From contig NIVC01001238.1 in the NCBI GenBank assembly GCA_002269645.1, positions 124,001 to 188,000 of the forward strand: a DNA stretch of 64,000 bases. Direction: 5' to 3'. Shown piece after piece: positions 37,630-49,089 of the stretch (the first letter of the stretch is position 1; every line of letters starts with the position of its first letter). Position numbers and translations under genes: made by a program. Under the pieces are notes generated by a model that ran no database searches, was not told the origin of the DNA, and worked only from the letters and a program-made list of their open reading frames with translations. The stretch is from Macrostomum lignano. Lineage: Eukaryota.

Positions 37630-40600
37630 CATCGTTGAAGAGCTCAGCAACATCGCATTTGCCCGCTATCAGTTTCGTCTCTGCGTTCAGCAAAGTGGAG
37701 AGCTCCTGGTATTTTCGACTTAAATCAGCGAGTTCTTAACACCCAATGACTCCTTTATCTGAGATCAGAAAGTGGTGAAATGCTGCTCCGATAGAATTCG
37801 GCAAAGATTTCTGGAGTCCAACATCTCTCTCAGCGATGCGTTAAAACAAGCGCCCGCATTTGCAGCAGAAGAGCAGGCCACAGCCATCGAAAACTCCGGT
37901 AGCATCGCAGCAGTGCACAGCGCAGCACCGAAGCAGTTTAGAGACAGCGGAACGCGACGGAATGGTCAGCGGGTCACTGACGCGCAGCAAACAGCAGCCC
38001 CACCACCTGCTTTCGATGGGATGAGCGCAGACACAGTTCATGCAATGCAGCAAAAGCCAAAACCTGCCAGGTATGCGGCAAGCCAAACCACCTCGCCAAA
38101 GCATGCTGACAACGCAGGCCTCCAACAAGCTCCAGCATCAACACCGTAGCGGACAAAGAAGCTGAGGCGGTCTTTATAGGCCACGATTCGCTAATCGAGG
38201 AGGCCTTCACTATCCAGTCTCAAAAACCTGCGCCAACACAACTCCGCCAACATTCACCTGAAGATCGAGGGCAAGTACAGAGATTTTGACTAAAACCCCA
38301 ACTGAACTCCGCGTCAGCAGTCTCCTTAGTGAGTTCCAGTTCATCTTTAAAAGCCTTTGGTGCGTGAAAGACGACGAGGGTGACGTTCGTCGTCAACCAG
38401 AAGCTGTCCCACTTTGCCCACCCACCCTCCAGATTTCCCGTCCACCAGCGGTCGGCGGTCATCGCAAAACTTCAGTCTCTCCTCGACCAAGGTACCATCG
38501 AGTGCTTCAACGGCTCTTTACAGTGGGTCTTCCGCTTGGTTTTCGACCCGAAAGAGAGCTGGGGCATCCGCATCTGCTAGTACCTGCGTGACATAAACTC
38601 ATTTTCGGTGCCAGAAAAGCAGCCCATCCCAACCTTTAAGGAGATCACGGACGAGATAGCGGGTTCCAAGGTATTCAGCGAGCTCAACATCGTAAAGGCT
38701 TTCCATTAGCACTACCTCAGCGACCGTCCAGATCTCACAGTCATCACTTCAGTGATGACCCACTACTGTTCATTGGTCCCGCTTTTTCAGCCTGGTTCTA
38801 GGCCTCCGCCACGGATCGAACGGATGACTTTAAGAGTACAGCACCTCAACTTCAAGCTTTATCTGTTTGCCAGGGCCACAGAATCCAGCAGATGTCCTCA
38901 GTAGACAGCCTGAACTGCAGACAAAGGACAATCCTGGACTTCTCGACTGACACTTCCTCAACGCAATCGCCATCGGCTATACTCAGAAAGGACTGAGCTT
39001 CGCAACAATTCAGGAGACTTCAGTGTCGAACGACACGATCCAAGCAGCTCTCTACGAACTGGTCAGTGGGACAAGTAGAACAGAAAGCTGCGGGCCTTGT
39101 CCTGCTTGCAGCGATAAGAAGCGACTGCCAGGCGTTCGTCCAGTCTTGTCTCCCCTGTAAAGCGACATCGCCGAAGAGCCTTGCACCGCCACCGCTCTCA
39201 CCGACTCACCTTCCGGACGGAGTATGGCTGGAATTTCCCAAGGTCGACATAGTCGGCTCAACATCAGCTGAGGCAGTGCTTCTACATCTCCGGCTTCTGT
39301 TTAGCAGATACATCATCCCGTGGCAAATCGGCATCAAGCATCGCTAAATCGATATCAAGCATCGCCGGATGGGCATCAAGCATCGCCGGATATGCATCAA
39401 GCATCGCTTAATCGGCATCAAGTATCACTAAATCGGCATCAAGCATCGCTAAATCGGCATCAAGCATCGCTAAATCGGCATCAAGCATCGCTAAATCGGC
39501 ATCAAGCATCGCTGGATCGGCATCAAGCATCGCTGGATCGGCATCAAGCATCGCTAAATCGGCATCAAGCATCGCTGGATCGGCATCAAGCATCTCCGGG
39601 TCGGCATCAAGCATCGCTAAATCGGCATCAAGCATCGCTAAATCGGCATCAAGCATCGCTGGATCGGCATCAAGCATCTCCGGGTCGGCATCAAGCATCG
39701 CTAAATCGGCATCAAGCATCTCCGGTTCGGCATCAAGCATCGCTAAATCGGCATCAAGCATCGCTAAATCGGCATCAAGCATCGCTGGATCGGCATCAAG
39801 CATCTCCGGGTCGGCATCAAGCATCGCTAAATCGGCATCAAGCATCTCCGGGTCGGCATCAAGCATCGCTGGATCGGCATCAAGCATCTCCGGGTTGGCA
39901 TCAAGCATCGCTGGATCGGCATCAAACATCTCCGGTTCGGCATCAAGCATCGCTAAATCGGCATCAAGCATCGCTAAATCGGCATCAAGCATCGCTAAAT
40001 CGGCATCAAGCATCGCTAAATCGGCATCAAGCATCGCTGGATCGGCATCAAGCATCTCCGGGTCGGCATCAAGCATCGCTTAATCGGCATCAAGTATCAC
40101 TAAATCGGCATCAAGCATCGCTAAATCGGCATCAAGCATCGCTAAATCGGCATCAAGCATCGCTAAATCGGCATCAAGCATCGCTAAATCGGCATCAAGC
40201 ATCGCTGGATCGGCATCAAGCATCTCCGGGTCGGCATCAAGCATCGCTAAATCGGCATCAAGCATCTCCGGGTCGGCATCAAGCATCGCTGGATCGGCAT
40301 CAAGCATCTCCGGGTTGGCATCAAGCATCGCTGGATCGGCATCAAGCATCTCCGGTTCGGCATCAAGCATCGCTAAATCGGCATCAAGCATCGCTAAATC
40401 GGCATCAAGCATCGCTAAATCGGCATCAAGCATCGCTAAATCGGCATCAAGCATCGCTAAATCGGCATCAAGCATCGCTAAATCGGCATCAAGCATCGCT
40501 AAATCGGCATCAAGCATCGCTAAATCGGCATCAAGCATCGCTGGATCGGCATCAAGCATCGCTAAATCGGCATCAAGCATCGCTAAATCGGCATCAAGCA

Positions 40601-42070
40601 TCGCTAAATCGGCATCAAGCATCGCTGGATCGGCATCAAGCATCTCCGGGTCGGCATCAAGCATCGCTTAATCGGCATCAAGTATCACTAAATCGGCATC
40701 AAGCATCGCTAAATCGGCATCAAGTATCACTAAATCGGCATCAAGCATCGCTAAATCGGCATCAAGCATCGCTAAATCGGCATCAAGCATCGCTGGATCG
40801 GCATCAAGCATCTCCGGGTTGGCATCAAGCATCGCTGGATCGGCATCAAGCATCGCTAAATCGGCATCAAGCATCGCTAAATCGGCATCAAGCATCGCTA
40901 AATCGGCATCAAGCATCGCTGGATCGGCATCAAGCATCTCCGGGTCGGCATCAAGCATCGCTTGATCGGCATCAAGTATCACTAAATCGGCATCAAGCAT
41001 CGCTAAATCGGCATCAAGCAACGCTAAATCGGCATCAAGCATCGCTAAATCGGCATCAAGCATCGCTGGATCGGCATCAAGCATCTCCGGGTCGGCATCA
41101 AGCATCGCTTAATCGGCATCAAGTATCACTAAATCGGCATCAAGCATCGCTAAATCGGCATCAAGTATCACTAAATCGGCATCAAGCATCGCTAAATCGG
41201 CATCAAGCATCGCTAAATCGGCATCAAGCATCGCTGGATCGGCATCAAGCATCTCCGGGTTGGCATCAAGCATCGCTGGATCGGCATCAAGCATCGCTAA
41301 ATCGGCATCAAGCATCGCTAAATCGGCATCAAGCATCGCTAAATCGGCATCAAGCATCGCTGGATCGGCATCAAGCATCTCCGGGTCGGCATCAAGCATC
41401 GCTTGATCGGCATCAAGTATCACTAAATCGGCATCAAGCATCGCTAAATCGGCATCAAGCAACGCTAAATCGGCATCAAGCATCGCTAAATCGGCATCAA
41501 GCATCGCTGGATCGGCATCAAGCATCTCCGGGTCGGCATCAAGCATCGCTTAATCGGCATCAAGTATCACTAAATCGGCATCAAGCATCGCTAAATCGGC
41601 ATCAAGTATCACTAAATCGGCATCAAGCATCGCTAAATCGGCATCAAGCATCGCTAAATCGGCATCAAGCATCGCTGGATCGGCATCAAGCATCTCCGGG
41701 TCGGCATCAAGCATCGCTAAATCGGCATCAAGCATCTCCGGTTCGGCATCAAGCATCGCTAAATCGGCATCAAGCATCGCTAAATCGGCATCAAGCATCG
41801 CTGGATCGGCATCAAGCATCTCCGGGTCGGCATCAAGCATCGCTTGATCGGCATCAAGCATCGCTAAATCGGCATCAAGCATCGCTAAATCGGCATCAAG
41901 CATCGCTAAATCGGCATCAAGCATCGCTAAATCGGCATCAAGCATCGCTGGATCGGCATCAAGCATCGCCGGATCTGCCCGCTGCACCCCGAGGCGAACA
42001 GAAAGACTAGGCGAGTCAACAAGTGCATCAAGAACGTTATCAGAGCGGCCATTGCGAAAGTACATCCTGT
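37630..42070 (+). mobile_element. Decayed Ty3/Gypsy gag-pol remnant, integrase split by a tandem array
   Basis: Fragments NIAFARYQFRLCVQQSGE (gag), PPSRFP..R..V..KLQ.LL..GTIE and GIRIC..IPT..EI..EIAGSKVFSEL (RT), NPADVLSR (RNase H end), IRSDC..FVQSC..C and LFSRY.IP (integrase), and HPEANRK..RVNK.IK after 41975. Many stops and deletions. Confidence 0.75.
39322..41975. repeat. 21-bp minisatellite (atcggcatcaagcatcgctaa / ..ctccggg / ..cgctgg), ~126 copies with higher-order units
   Basis: Direct reading; marker variants recur at 588, 441 and 441 bp spacing. Confidence 0.97.
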
Positions 42071-42661
42071 GTGATTGAGTGTATCAGTGCGTGCCTGCGT
42101 ACAGTACCCGCGCGCTTGTCTGTGCTCAGGTTTCAGAGGAATTGGATCAGTTCCGCTTGTGAGACGCTGTCGCCGAAAGCTTTGCAGCCCTCCTGCAAAT
42201 AGTATTAGCTTGTAATATTCAGGATGAAAGCCTTCCAAGTCTTCAATTAAAGCAAACAAATATAAATTAAGAGTGTCAGTGAACTCTGTGCTATTCATAC
42301 GAGTATTACCAAATTGTTGCCAAAAAATTATTTCCGAATATGGATTACAGATTTTTAGACGGCCTGTCAAATTTGGTTTGATTATTGGTAGGTAGCTAAT
42401 TAAAATCGCCCTGTGCATTTGGAAATGCCTCCACACTACTCACACGGAATCTAATGTGGTGAGTAGTATGAGTTTATGCAACTCTGCCGCACTTGCACTG
42501 CGGAGATAGGCGGCAGTGTAAAAAGGATAGGAGGGCGTAAAAGAGCCAGCTGAGATAGCCAATGGAAATAAGGGCCGGGCGTGGGGTGGGTGTGCGATTG
42601 GCTGGTTGGCGGGGTAATGAAACGCTTATTCAACTCTGCCGCACTGGGGAGGCAGGCAGGC

Positions 42662-42914
42662 AGCAAAGCAAAGAATCGGAAGGTTTTGGAATAGCAGAGT
42701 GAACAAATTAAAAACAAGGAAACGTCCACCTCAATTTGTGCCTGGCCATTGCAACTCCTGGGCGTCCCCCACTGTGCTTATCCTATAGCATGCCTATGCA
42801 ACTCTGCCGCACTATTTGTCAGTGCGGAGTGAAATAGATAAGAGAGAGAGGCTCTGGTCTTGAGTGTCTGCCTCTGGTGCTGCTAATAAATGAGCAATAA
42901 ACTTTGTAACGGGT
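42662..42914 (+). repeat. Left TIR core; imperfect inverted copy at 63643-63922
   Basis: For example aaacgtccacctcaatttgtgcctggccattgcaactcct...gcaactctgccgcactatttgtcagtgcggagtgaaatagataag is reverse-complemented at the right end. Confidence 0.95.
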
Positions 42915-43014
42915 TGTGTGGCTGACGCTGACGAGCAGCCGCTGCTTGATGCCGAATAAGGAAAAAAATGGGGTGGGTGCTCATTCTGACACCCACCCCA
43001 CTCCGCTTTGAGGG

Positions 43015-43022
43015 TATATAAG
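43015..43022 (+). promoter_or_regulatory. TATA box (TATATAAG) upstream of the PC4-like gene
   Basis: Canonical motif 84 bp before the ATG at 43106, preceded by an 11-bp perfect inverted repeat (42969-42979 / 42990-43000). Confidence 0.55.
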
Positions 43023-43105
43023 CCCCCGATTTTTAAATTCAACGGTAAATCTATTTTTTCTCGAATTCGATTTCACAAGTTTTTCGTATTGATTTTGTGT
43101 GAACT

Positions 43106-43805
43106 ATGGATATTAGTGAAGGTTACAGAGTGCAGGTGCAAGAGTTCGAAGGCCAGAAATACATTGCGATCAGGAAGTTTTGGTGTTCCTGGCTTCAACC
43201 TGAATGTGCAGCAGTGGACGAAGCTAAAGGACTTAAAGCGCTCCCTGGTGAAGTCGGCTCTGAATAACGAGGTCAAGGTCATCAAGCTGGGCTTCGACAA
43301 ATTTATTCAAGTCAAGGATGGCCTCATCTGGCTGAAGCGACTGCCTGAGGACTGCTGCGATGAATTTATGAAGCGCAACACCGTGCCGCTGTCTCCGAAG
43401 CTCTGGCAGAAGCTGTGGCAGACTTCGGACTGGATAGACCAGCAGCTATCAGAGCCCTACCAAGGTGCGGGGGCGAAGTACGAGCTGAGCTCATCCGAAG
43501 ATGAGGTCGAAGACGCCACCGTCATACTGCCAGTCAAGACTGAGCCTGCTGAAGGCGAGGAGGAGGTCCGCTCACCATCGGAGATGACAACCGACATCGA
43601 GGCTGTGACTTCCACACCTTTGGCCAGAGCCGGCACATCGACTGGGAACATCCCGGCGGAGGACACGGACCCGCAGCAGGATCCGGTGTGGTACCGATTC
43701 CGGGCTCATGCCGCTGAGGTGGAGAACAATCGGAAGCGGAAACTGCCATATCCTCTGCGCAGGCAGGAGACAATGAAGGTGTCTAAGCTGCGTTTTGAAG
43801 ACTGA
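43106..43805 (+). pseudogene. PC4/Sub1-like ssDNA-binding / transcriptional co-activator domain protein, one +1 frameshift (TTTT 43178-43181)
   Basis: Removing one T gives MDISEGYRVQVQEFEGQKYIAIRKFGVPGFNLNVQQWTKL, aligning with the PC4 core as recalled ([35 protein letters not shown]); acidic C-terminal tail. Confidence 0.7.
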
Positions 43806-44157
43806 GCTGGAGGTTGGATGAGACTGATGAGACTCAAAGGATAATTCAGTTTGGTTTGCCTTTGTCTAATTTTATTCAGCTAAGTTAAGTTTTGACAATT
43901 GTCGTAACCGTTTAGTCTTACGAGCTATTTATTCAGGTGTTAACAAAACAAATTTATACTTATTTGCACTACTCAATGCTATTATTTCCTGCAATCTTCT
44001 TTTCAAGATTACCAACTGTTCGCAGTCCCCGAGTTAAAAAATAACTCGTGTACACTGTATGAGTTTAATATTGGAATAAAAAAATGTCTTTAAAAATGCC
44101 AATCGTTGCTCTTAAGAAAAACATACCTGTGTACATCTGGTTCTTTTTCATTTGAGG

Positions 44158-45223
44158 ATGGAAAAAATTTACTTTGACCCACAACAGCCGGCTAGTTTTT
44201 CTAGTGCTTCTAAACTGTTGAATGAAGTTAGGAGAAGAGGAGATCCCATATCCACTAAGAGCATAGATCAGTGGCTCAGTGAGCAGCCAGTGCACACCCT
44301 ACACAAGCCAGCTAGAAGGCGATATCCAAGGGCCCCAATCATAGTGCGAGCTATCGATGATCAGTGGGAACTTGACTTGGTAGAAATGATTCCATTCGCA
44401 AAGTATAATAAAGGCTACAAATATATTCTCACATGTATTGACGTACTGTCAAAGTGTGCTTGGGCCAAGGCACTGAAAAATAAATCTGCTGCAGAAGTGA
44501 AGTCAGCATTCGAGAGCATACTGAGAAGTTCAAAGCGCCAGCCACGCACAGTTCGCACAGATCAGGGGAAGGAATTTATCAACTCCACTTTCCGTCAATA
44601 CTGCATTGACAGAGGGATTAGCTTTCCCAACTAACAGCGAGCAGAAGGCGGCTGTCATTGAGCGATGGAATCGGACTCTGAAAAGTAGAATGTGGCGCTA
44701 CTTCACCTACAAGAGCACACTGCACTGGCTTGATGTGCTGCCTAAGCTGGTAAAATCCTACAACAATACTTACCACAGAAGCATCAAAATGGCACCCACT
44801 AGTGTCTGCAAAGAGAATGAATCTGAAGTGTGGATGAACCTGTACGGTGGAAAAGCAGCCGAGACTCTAGAAAAATTAAGGAAGCCTAAGTTCGCTGAAA
44901 ACCAGTCAGTGAGAATTTCCAATGCTCCACGGCTATTCAAAAAGGGATACAAAGCGAGCTGGAGTGAGGAAGTGTACATCGTGGTGAGCAGAGCCCCAAA
45001 ACATTATCCCTACATGTACAAGATTAAATACATGCGGGGGGAAGAGATTCGAGGACTCTTCCATGAGCATGAGCTGCAGGCTGTCCCGGACTCACAGCGG
45101 CTGTATGTGATTGAGAAGATCCTGGAAACGGAGAAGCGGAAGGGAAAGATTCGCTATCTGGTGAAGTGGGCCGGCTACGACTCGACTGGCTGGGTGGATG
45201 AAAAAGACTTAAGAAAGGTTTAG
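44158..45223 (+). pseudogene. Maverick retroviral-like (DDE) integrase with C-terminal chromodomain; frameshift near 44625
   Basis: WELDLVEM..YILTCIDVLSK, VRTDQGKEF, KAAVIERWNRTLK, YNNTYHRSIKMAP; C-terminus YVIEKIL...GKIRYLVKWAGY...WV. Confidence 0.92.
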
Positions 45224-45260
45224 CTTTGGCACATCCCTCATCATAAAGTTTATCATTATA

Positions 45261-46070
45261 ATGCGAACTATTTTGATTAACAGTGAGCATGCTGAAGGTA
45301 CTCCTAGTGACTTTAATTTTTACCTGCCTTCACCTATTTACTTGGATCGAAATGTGGACTATGAGGCAGGTCTGGCTGAAATCCATCTGCCTGCTGCATG
45401 GTTCAATGTTGACGAGCCTTACTGCTTCACTGTCTCAGATGGAAGAGAGCATGAGGCCCTGGTTCTTCAACCCGGACGCTTTGCTAGAGTGGAGGAGCTG
45501 GTGGAGCGTTTGAATCAGCTGCTGGCCAACTCTGATTCGCTGTTCTTTGATGCAATGAGTGACAGGGAGTTTGAGATGGAGGCTGATGAGTCCGGCCTGA
45601 TGGGGCGTAGTGGCAACAGGGAATTCGGTACGAAGTTTGAAATCCGCAACTCACGAACTGTGGTGCACAACAACACTGCGAGAGCAGAGCTGTTTCTTCC
45701 ATCCAGCAAAATTCTGCATTGGCTGGGATTTAGAAACCAGGCTGTGAAAATCCAGTCAGGGAGCCGCATGTCCGAGCACTGCATTGGCTGCCCGCGCACC
45801 AGCTTAATCAATGTGCACTGCAGTATCGTTGAGTCAACTAATTGCAACTTGGGCTCCCTGTTGAGAACAGTTGGAAATGAAAGCCGGCATTGAATGGGCA
45901 ACTATCAAACAAAAATATTTAAGAAAACAATATTCTTCCCGATTTAACAAATCAGTCTTCTTCACAGCATTCGAGTTCAGCTGCGTGAAATCTATGGTTG
46001 CCCACTGATTGCCCAGACACTCAGCCCTGTTCTGCTCACAGTTCAGATTCGGGAGAAACGCATTCAATGA
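45261..46070 (+). pseudogene. Minor capsid (penton) protein; in-frame stops at 45891 and 45945
   Basis: SDFNFYLPSPIYL...YEAGLAEIHLP..WFNV N-terminal signature; the same frame continues ..IFFPI*..IRVQLREIYG..VLLTVQIR to TGA at 46068-46070. Confidence 0.8.
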
Positions 46071-46456
46071 ACTACCAGCAGCTGATCCAGCAATATTCGG
46101 GGGTGAGGACAGGACACGAAAAGCCTGCACTCTATGGCTGTGGGAGCTTTCCGGGGATCATGACATACCAGCCTCCTCCAGCGGCTACATCATCATTCTC
46201 AACGCATAGCAATGTCAGGCGCAAAAGAAATACTAAAGCAAGTCCGAAACGATTGAAGAAGAAGAAGTACACCCGAAAGGCAACTGGTAGAGATCGCACC
46301 AATAAGAGGTGCAATGAAAGAAATCCGAGCAAGGCTAGTAGGAAAAAGCTTAAGAATAGGAAGACGAAAGCAAAGAAGAATGCAGCAGGCGGAGGAAAGC
46401 GAAAGCGAAAAGTCAGCAAGAAAACTGTGAAACGCGTGCTCGACTATCTGTCATAG
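46067..46456 (+). CDS. Highly basic Lys/Arg-rich protein, putative DNA-condensing core protein
   Basis: ATG overlaps the penton stop (ATGA); C-terminal half is K/R-rich; lies between penton and MCP. Function is inference. Confidence 0.6.
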   Translation: MNYQQLIQQYSGVRTGHEKPALYGCGSFPGIMTYQPPPAATSSFSTHSNVRRKRNTKASPKRLKKKKYTRKATGRDRTNKRCNERNPSKASRKKLKNRKTKAKKNAAGGGKRKRKVSKKTVKRVLDYLS

Positions 46457-46458
46457 AC

Positions 46459-47739
46459 ATGGCTTACGGATTCAATCCCAGACTTGATTTATTTAAGACG
46501 CCTGTTCTACAAACCTGCATTGAAAAAGCTACTTATGTTGATTTTCACCCAGTTAATTCCATTACTGCAAACTCCCCCATTGAATTTGACTGCCACCAAT
46601 CTGCCGATGAATACACAGATCTGCTTAATACTTTTCTTTATATTCGCTGCCGCCTTGTGAGACTGGATGGGGGTTTGCTGAGGGAGGATGTTCGAGATGG
46701 AGATGGCATCATCACCGAGAGCAGAGACAGTGACGTGCACCCAGAAAACTTTGTTTTGTCTACAGCCTTCTCAGATGTAATTGTGAGCATTAACCAGCGA
46801 GTGGTGTCTGGTGGAGACCAGCTCTATCCCTACCATGCGTACTTTAAAGCACTAATGAGCTCATCTGATGCCCAGCAACTAAAACTTTACCCAGCTGGCT
46901 TCCTGGAGCCGGACTCTGCAGCTGAAGAGCACACGGAGAGCCACAGGGAATCCCGATGGATGGAGTATGCGGGGCCCCTCTTCAGCGATGTTTTCCAGTG
47001 CCCAGTGTTTCTGCTAAACAATCTGCACTTGCACATCAAACTGGTCCCCAGCGATGGGGCCTTTGCCATCAGAAGAACCCCGAATGTAAACAACGCGGCT
47101 TATCGCATGGAAATCTCTCACAGCATTCTGCATCTTCGCCGAGTCAAAGTGGTGCCTCACATCAGCCTGGCTCACGAGCAGGGGCTGACAAACCAAAATG
47201 CACTGTATCCCATCGAGCGAACTGAAATGCAGAACTTCATCCTACCCCAGGGCATTCAATCTAAAAACATTGAAGGATTCACTCATGGAAAATTGCCGAA
47301 GTTCATCATGCTGGCCTTCGTGAGCCACCGAGCATTCAACGGTCATCATCACGCGAATCCGTTCCAGTTCCAGAGCTTCAACCTCAGCCGGTTGGCTCTA
47401 AAGAAAGGTGGAGAGACCGTGTGCCACGGCGCCTTCACACCTGAAAACAATTCCTTTGTAAGAGAATACTTGCACCACATGAAAAGCTGTCAATCTGCAA
47501 GCAATTCGGTCCCGTGGATCCCCTACCAGCTCTTCTCCAACAACAACACGGTGTTTGCATTCGATCTCACACCAGAGGGAGCGGCTCTGTGGTAGGGACA
47601 GAAGGAGGGCAACCTGCGGCTGGAGATTCGCTTCCGACAGGCTCTGGACGAAGCGGTGTCCCTGATCTCTCTGTGCCTGTATGACTCGCTGATTGAGGTC
47701 ACCAAGCACCGGGAGCTTTTGCTGGACTATTCCTCTTAA
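46459..47739 (+). pseudogene. Major capsid protein (double jelly-roll, Polinton PY type); in-frame TAG at 47593-47595
   Basis: LDLF..P.LQT.IE...VDFHPVNS....PIEF..Y.DL.NT.LYI; NPFQFQSFNL; AFDLTP; the frame continues GNLRLEIRF..AL.EAV....YDSLIEV. Confidence 0.92.
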
Positions 47740-47744
47740 TTGGC

Positions 47745-48254
47745 ATGGACGCAATTCAACTACTTAATCTCGCCAGAAAATTTTTGTCTTGCCGAAAATT
47801 TCTCATCATTACTTTACATTCACGCTATAAAAATTTTTTGCCTTTGAGTCTAAAAAGAAAATATCGATCAATTTCCCTCGAAAATAAGTTTGTTTTTGTT
47901 CTACTACAGCACAATGGTTCATTTGGTCATTGGGTGGTGTGCTATGTTGGACAAGGAAATTGCATTGAGCTGTTCAACTCCCTCGGCTGGGAACCTGAAA
48001 TTTTATCTGTGGTTTATAATTTGTTTCGGGAGATTAAAACAACTGGCTTTTGGCTCCGAAGCAATAAAAACAGATTTCAATGTGCTAACTCTAATAAATG
48101 CGGAATGTTTTGCATCTATTTTGCTTATCAAAAGTTTCTGTTCAATCGATCATTTGAGGGGATTTTGAAGCATTTGCATGCTAATGAAAAAAATCATTTG
48201 AATGATAGAATCTTACAGAGGTTTGAAGCCAACTTAAGAAAAAGATGTGCGTGA
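47745..48254 (+). CDS. Adenain-like cysteine maturation protease
   Basis: GHWV, ELFNSLG (Asn where FDS is usual), FQ...SNKCGMFC. Confidence 0.85.
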   Translation: MDAIQLLNLARKFLSCRKFLIITLHSRYKNFLPLSLKRKYRSISLENKFVFVLLQHNGSFGHWVVCYVGQGNCIELFNSLGWEPEILSVVYNLFREIKTTGFWLRSNKNRFQCANSNKCGMFCIYFAYQKFLFNRSFEGILKHLHANEKNHLNDRILQRFEANLRKRCA

Positions 48255-48480
48255 TTTCTAATATTTATGCATTAGACATGGCAGAAAAGCGAGTTTGCTA
48301 CGATATCCGCCTCAGGCAGGGAAGCTGCATGATTGTCTGCGGGCCCACCAATGCAGGAAAAACAACCTTTGTCAAACACCTGATCCAGTACAGAGACGTC
48401 ATGTTTGATGTGAAGCCTGGCAGAGTTCTGTGGTACTATGGGATCTCACAGGCAGGCCATGCAGAACTGAGCAGCCTAGG

Positions 48481-48858
48481 TATGACGTGAGCGAGTTCGA
48501 GATGTAGTTAGCGATTAATTAATTATTAGTTATTTATTTATTAGTTAGCTAGTTCAATTATTAGTAGTGTTGACACGCAGGGTACGAGACAAAACGCCGC
48601 GTTGAGGAGAGTACAAAAACGAGCTCGAGGCAACATTTAAATTGGCGGGGAAATCCGATTCATTTAAACCTAAGATGTCTATCAAAAAAGTAATAATAAC
48701 TTGGACTTAAATAAATAAAACATGAAGTACATTTTTTTCTAAATAAATTACATTAAATTAATAGCTGGGGAACCTGAAAATTAATCAACTACAATAATTT
48801 TAAGTAATAAAAACTCAGATAGAAACTAAAAAGTTAAGATGCTAACGACGTCGTCACA
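48481..48858 (-). mobile_element. 378-bp solo-LTR-like insertion with 5-bp TSD CTAGG
   Basis: Ends T[A]TGACG...CGTCACA (TG..CA with one change, 7-bp inverted ends); CTAGG at 48476-80 and 48859-63; AATAAA on the minus strand. Confidence 0.75.
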
Positions 48859-49089
48859 CTAGGTGTGCAGCTGCGCCAGGGATTTCCCACCAACATCGAG
48901 GCAGCACTTAGGCCCTATGACCTGGTTGTTTTCGATGACTTAATAGAGGAAACTTCAAACTCTGCTTCAATGCAAAATTTTTTCACAGGAATCGCACATC
49001 ACTTGCCGTGCTTCTTGGTGATGCTGACTCAGAATATATTTTTCAAGGGAAAAGAGTCGCGAACAATGAGCTTAAATGTAATGTACTTA

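Noticed and set aside
39320-42010. 896-aa ORF of HQASLNR repeats
   Set aside because: A stop-free frame follows from the 21-bp unit; it lies inside a decayed Gypsy with no promoter or start context.
45100-45223. Chromodomain on the integrase as a novelty
   Set aside because: Already an established feature of Maverick/Polinton integrases.
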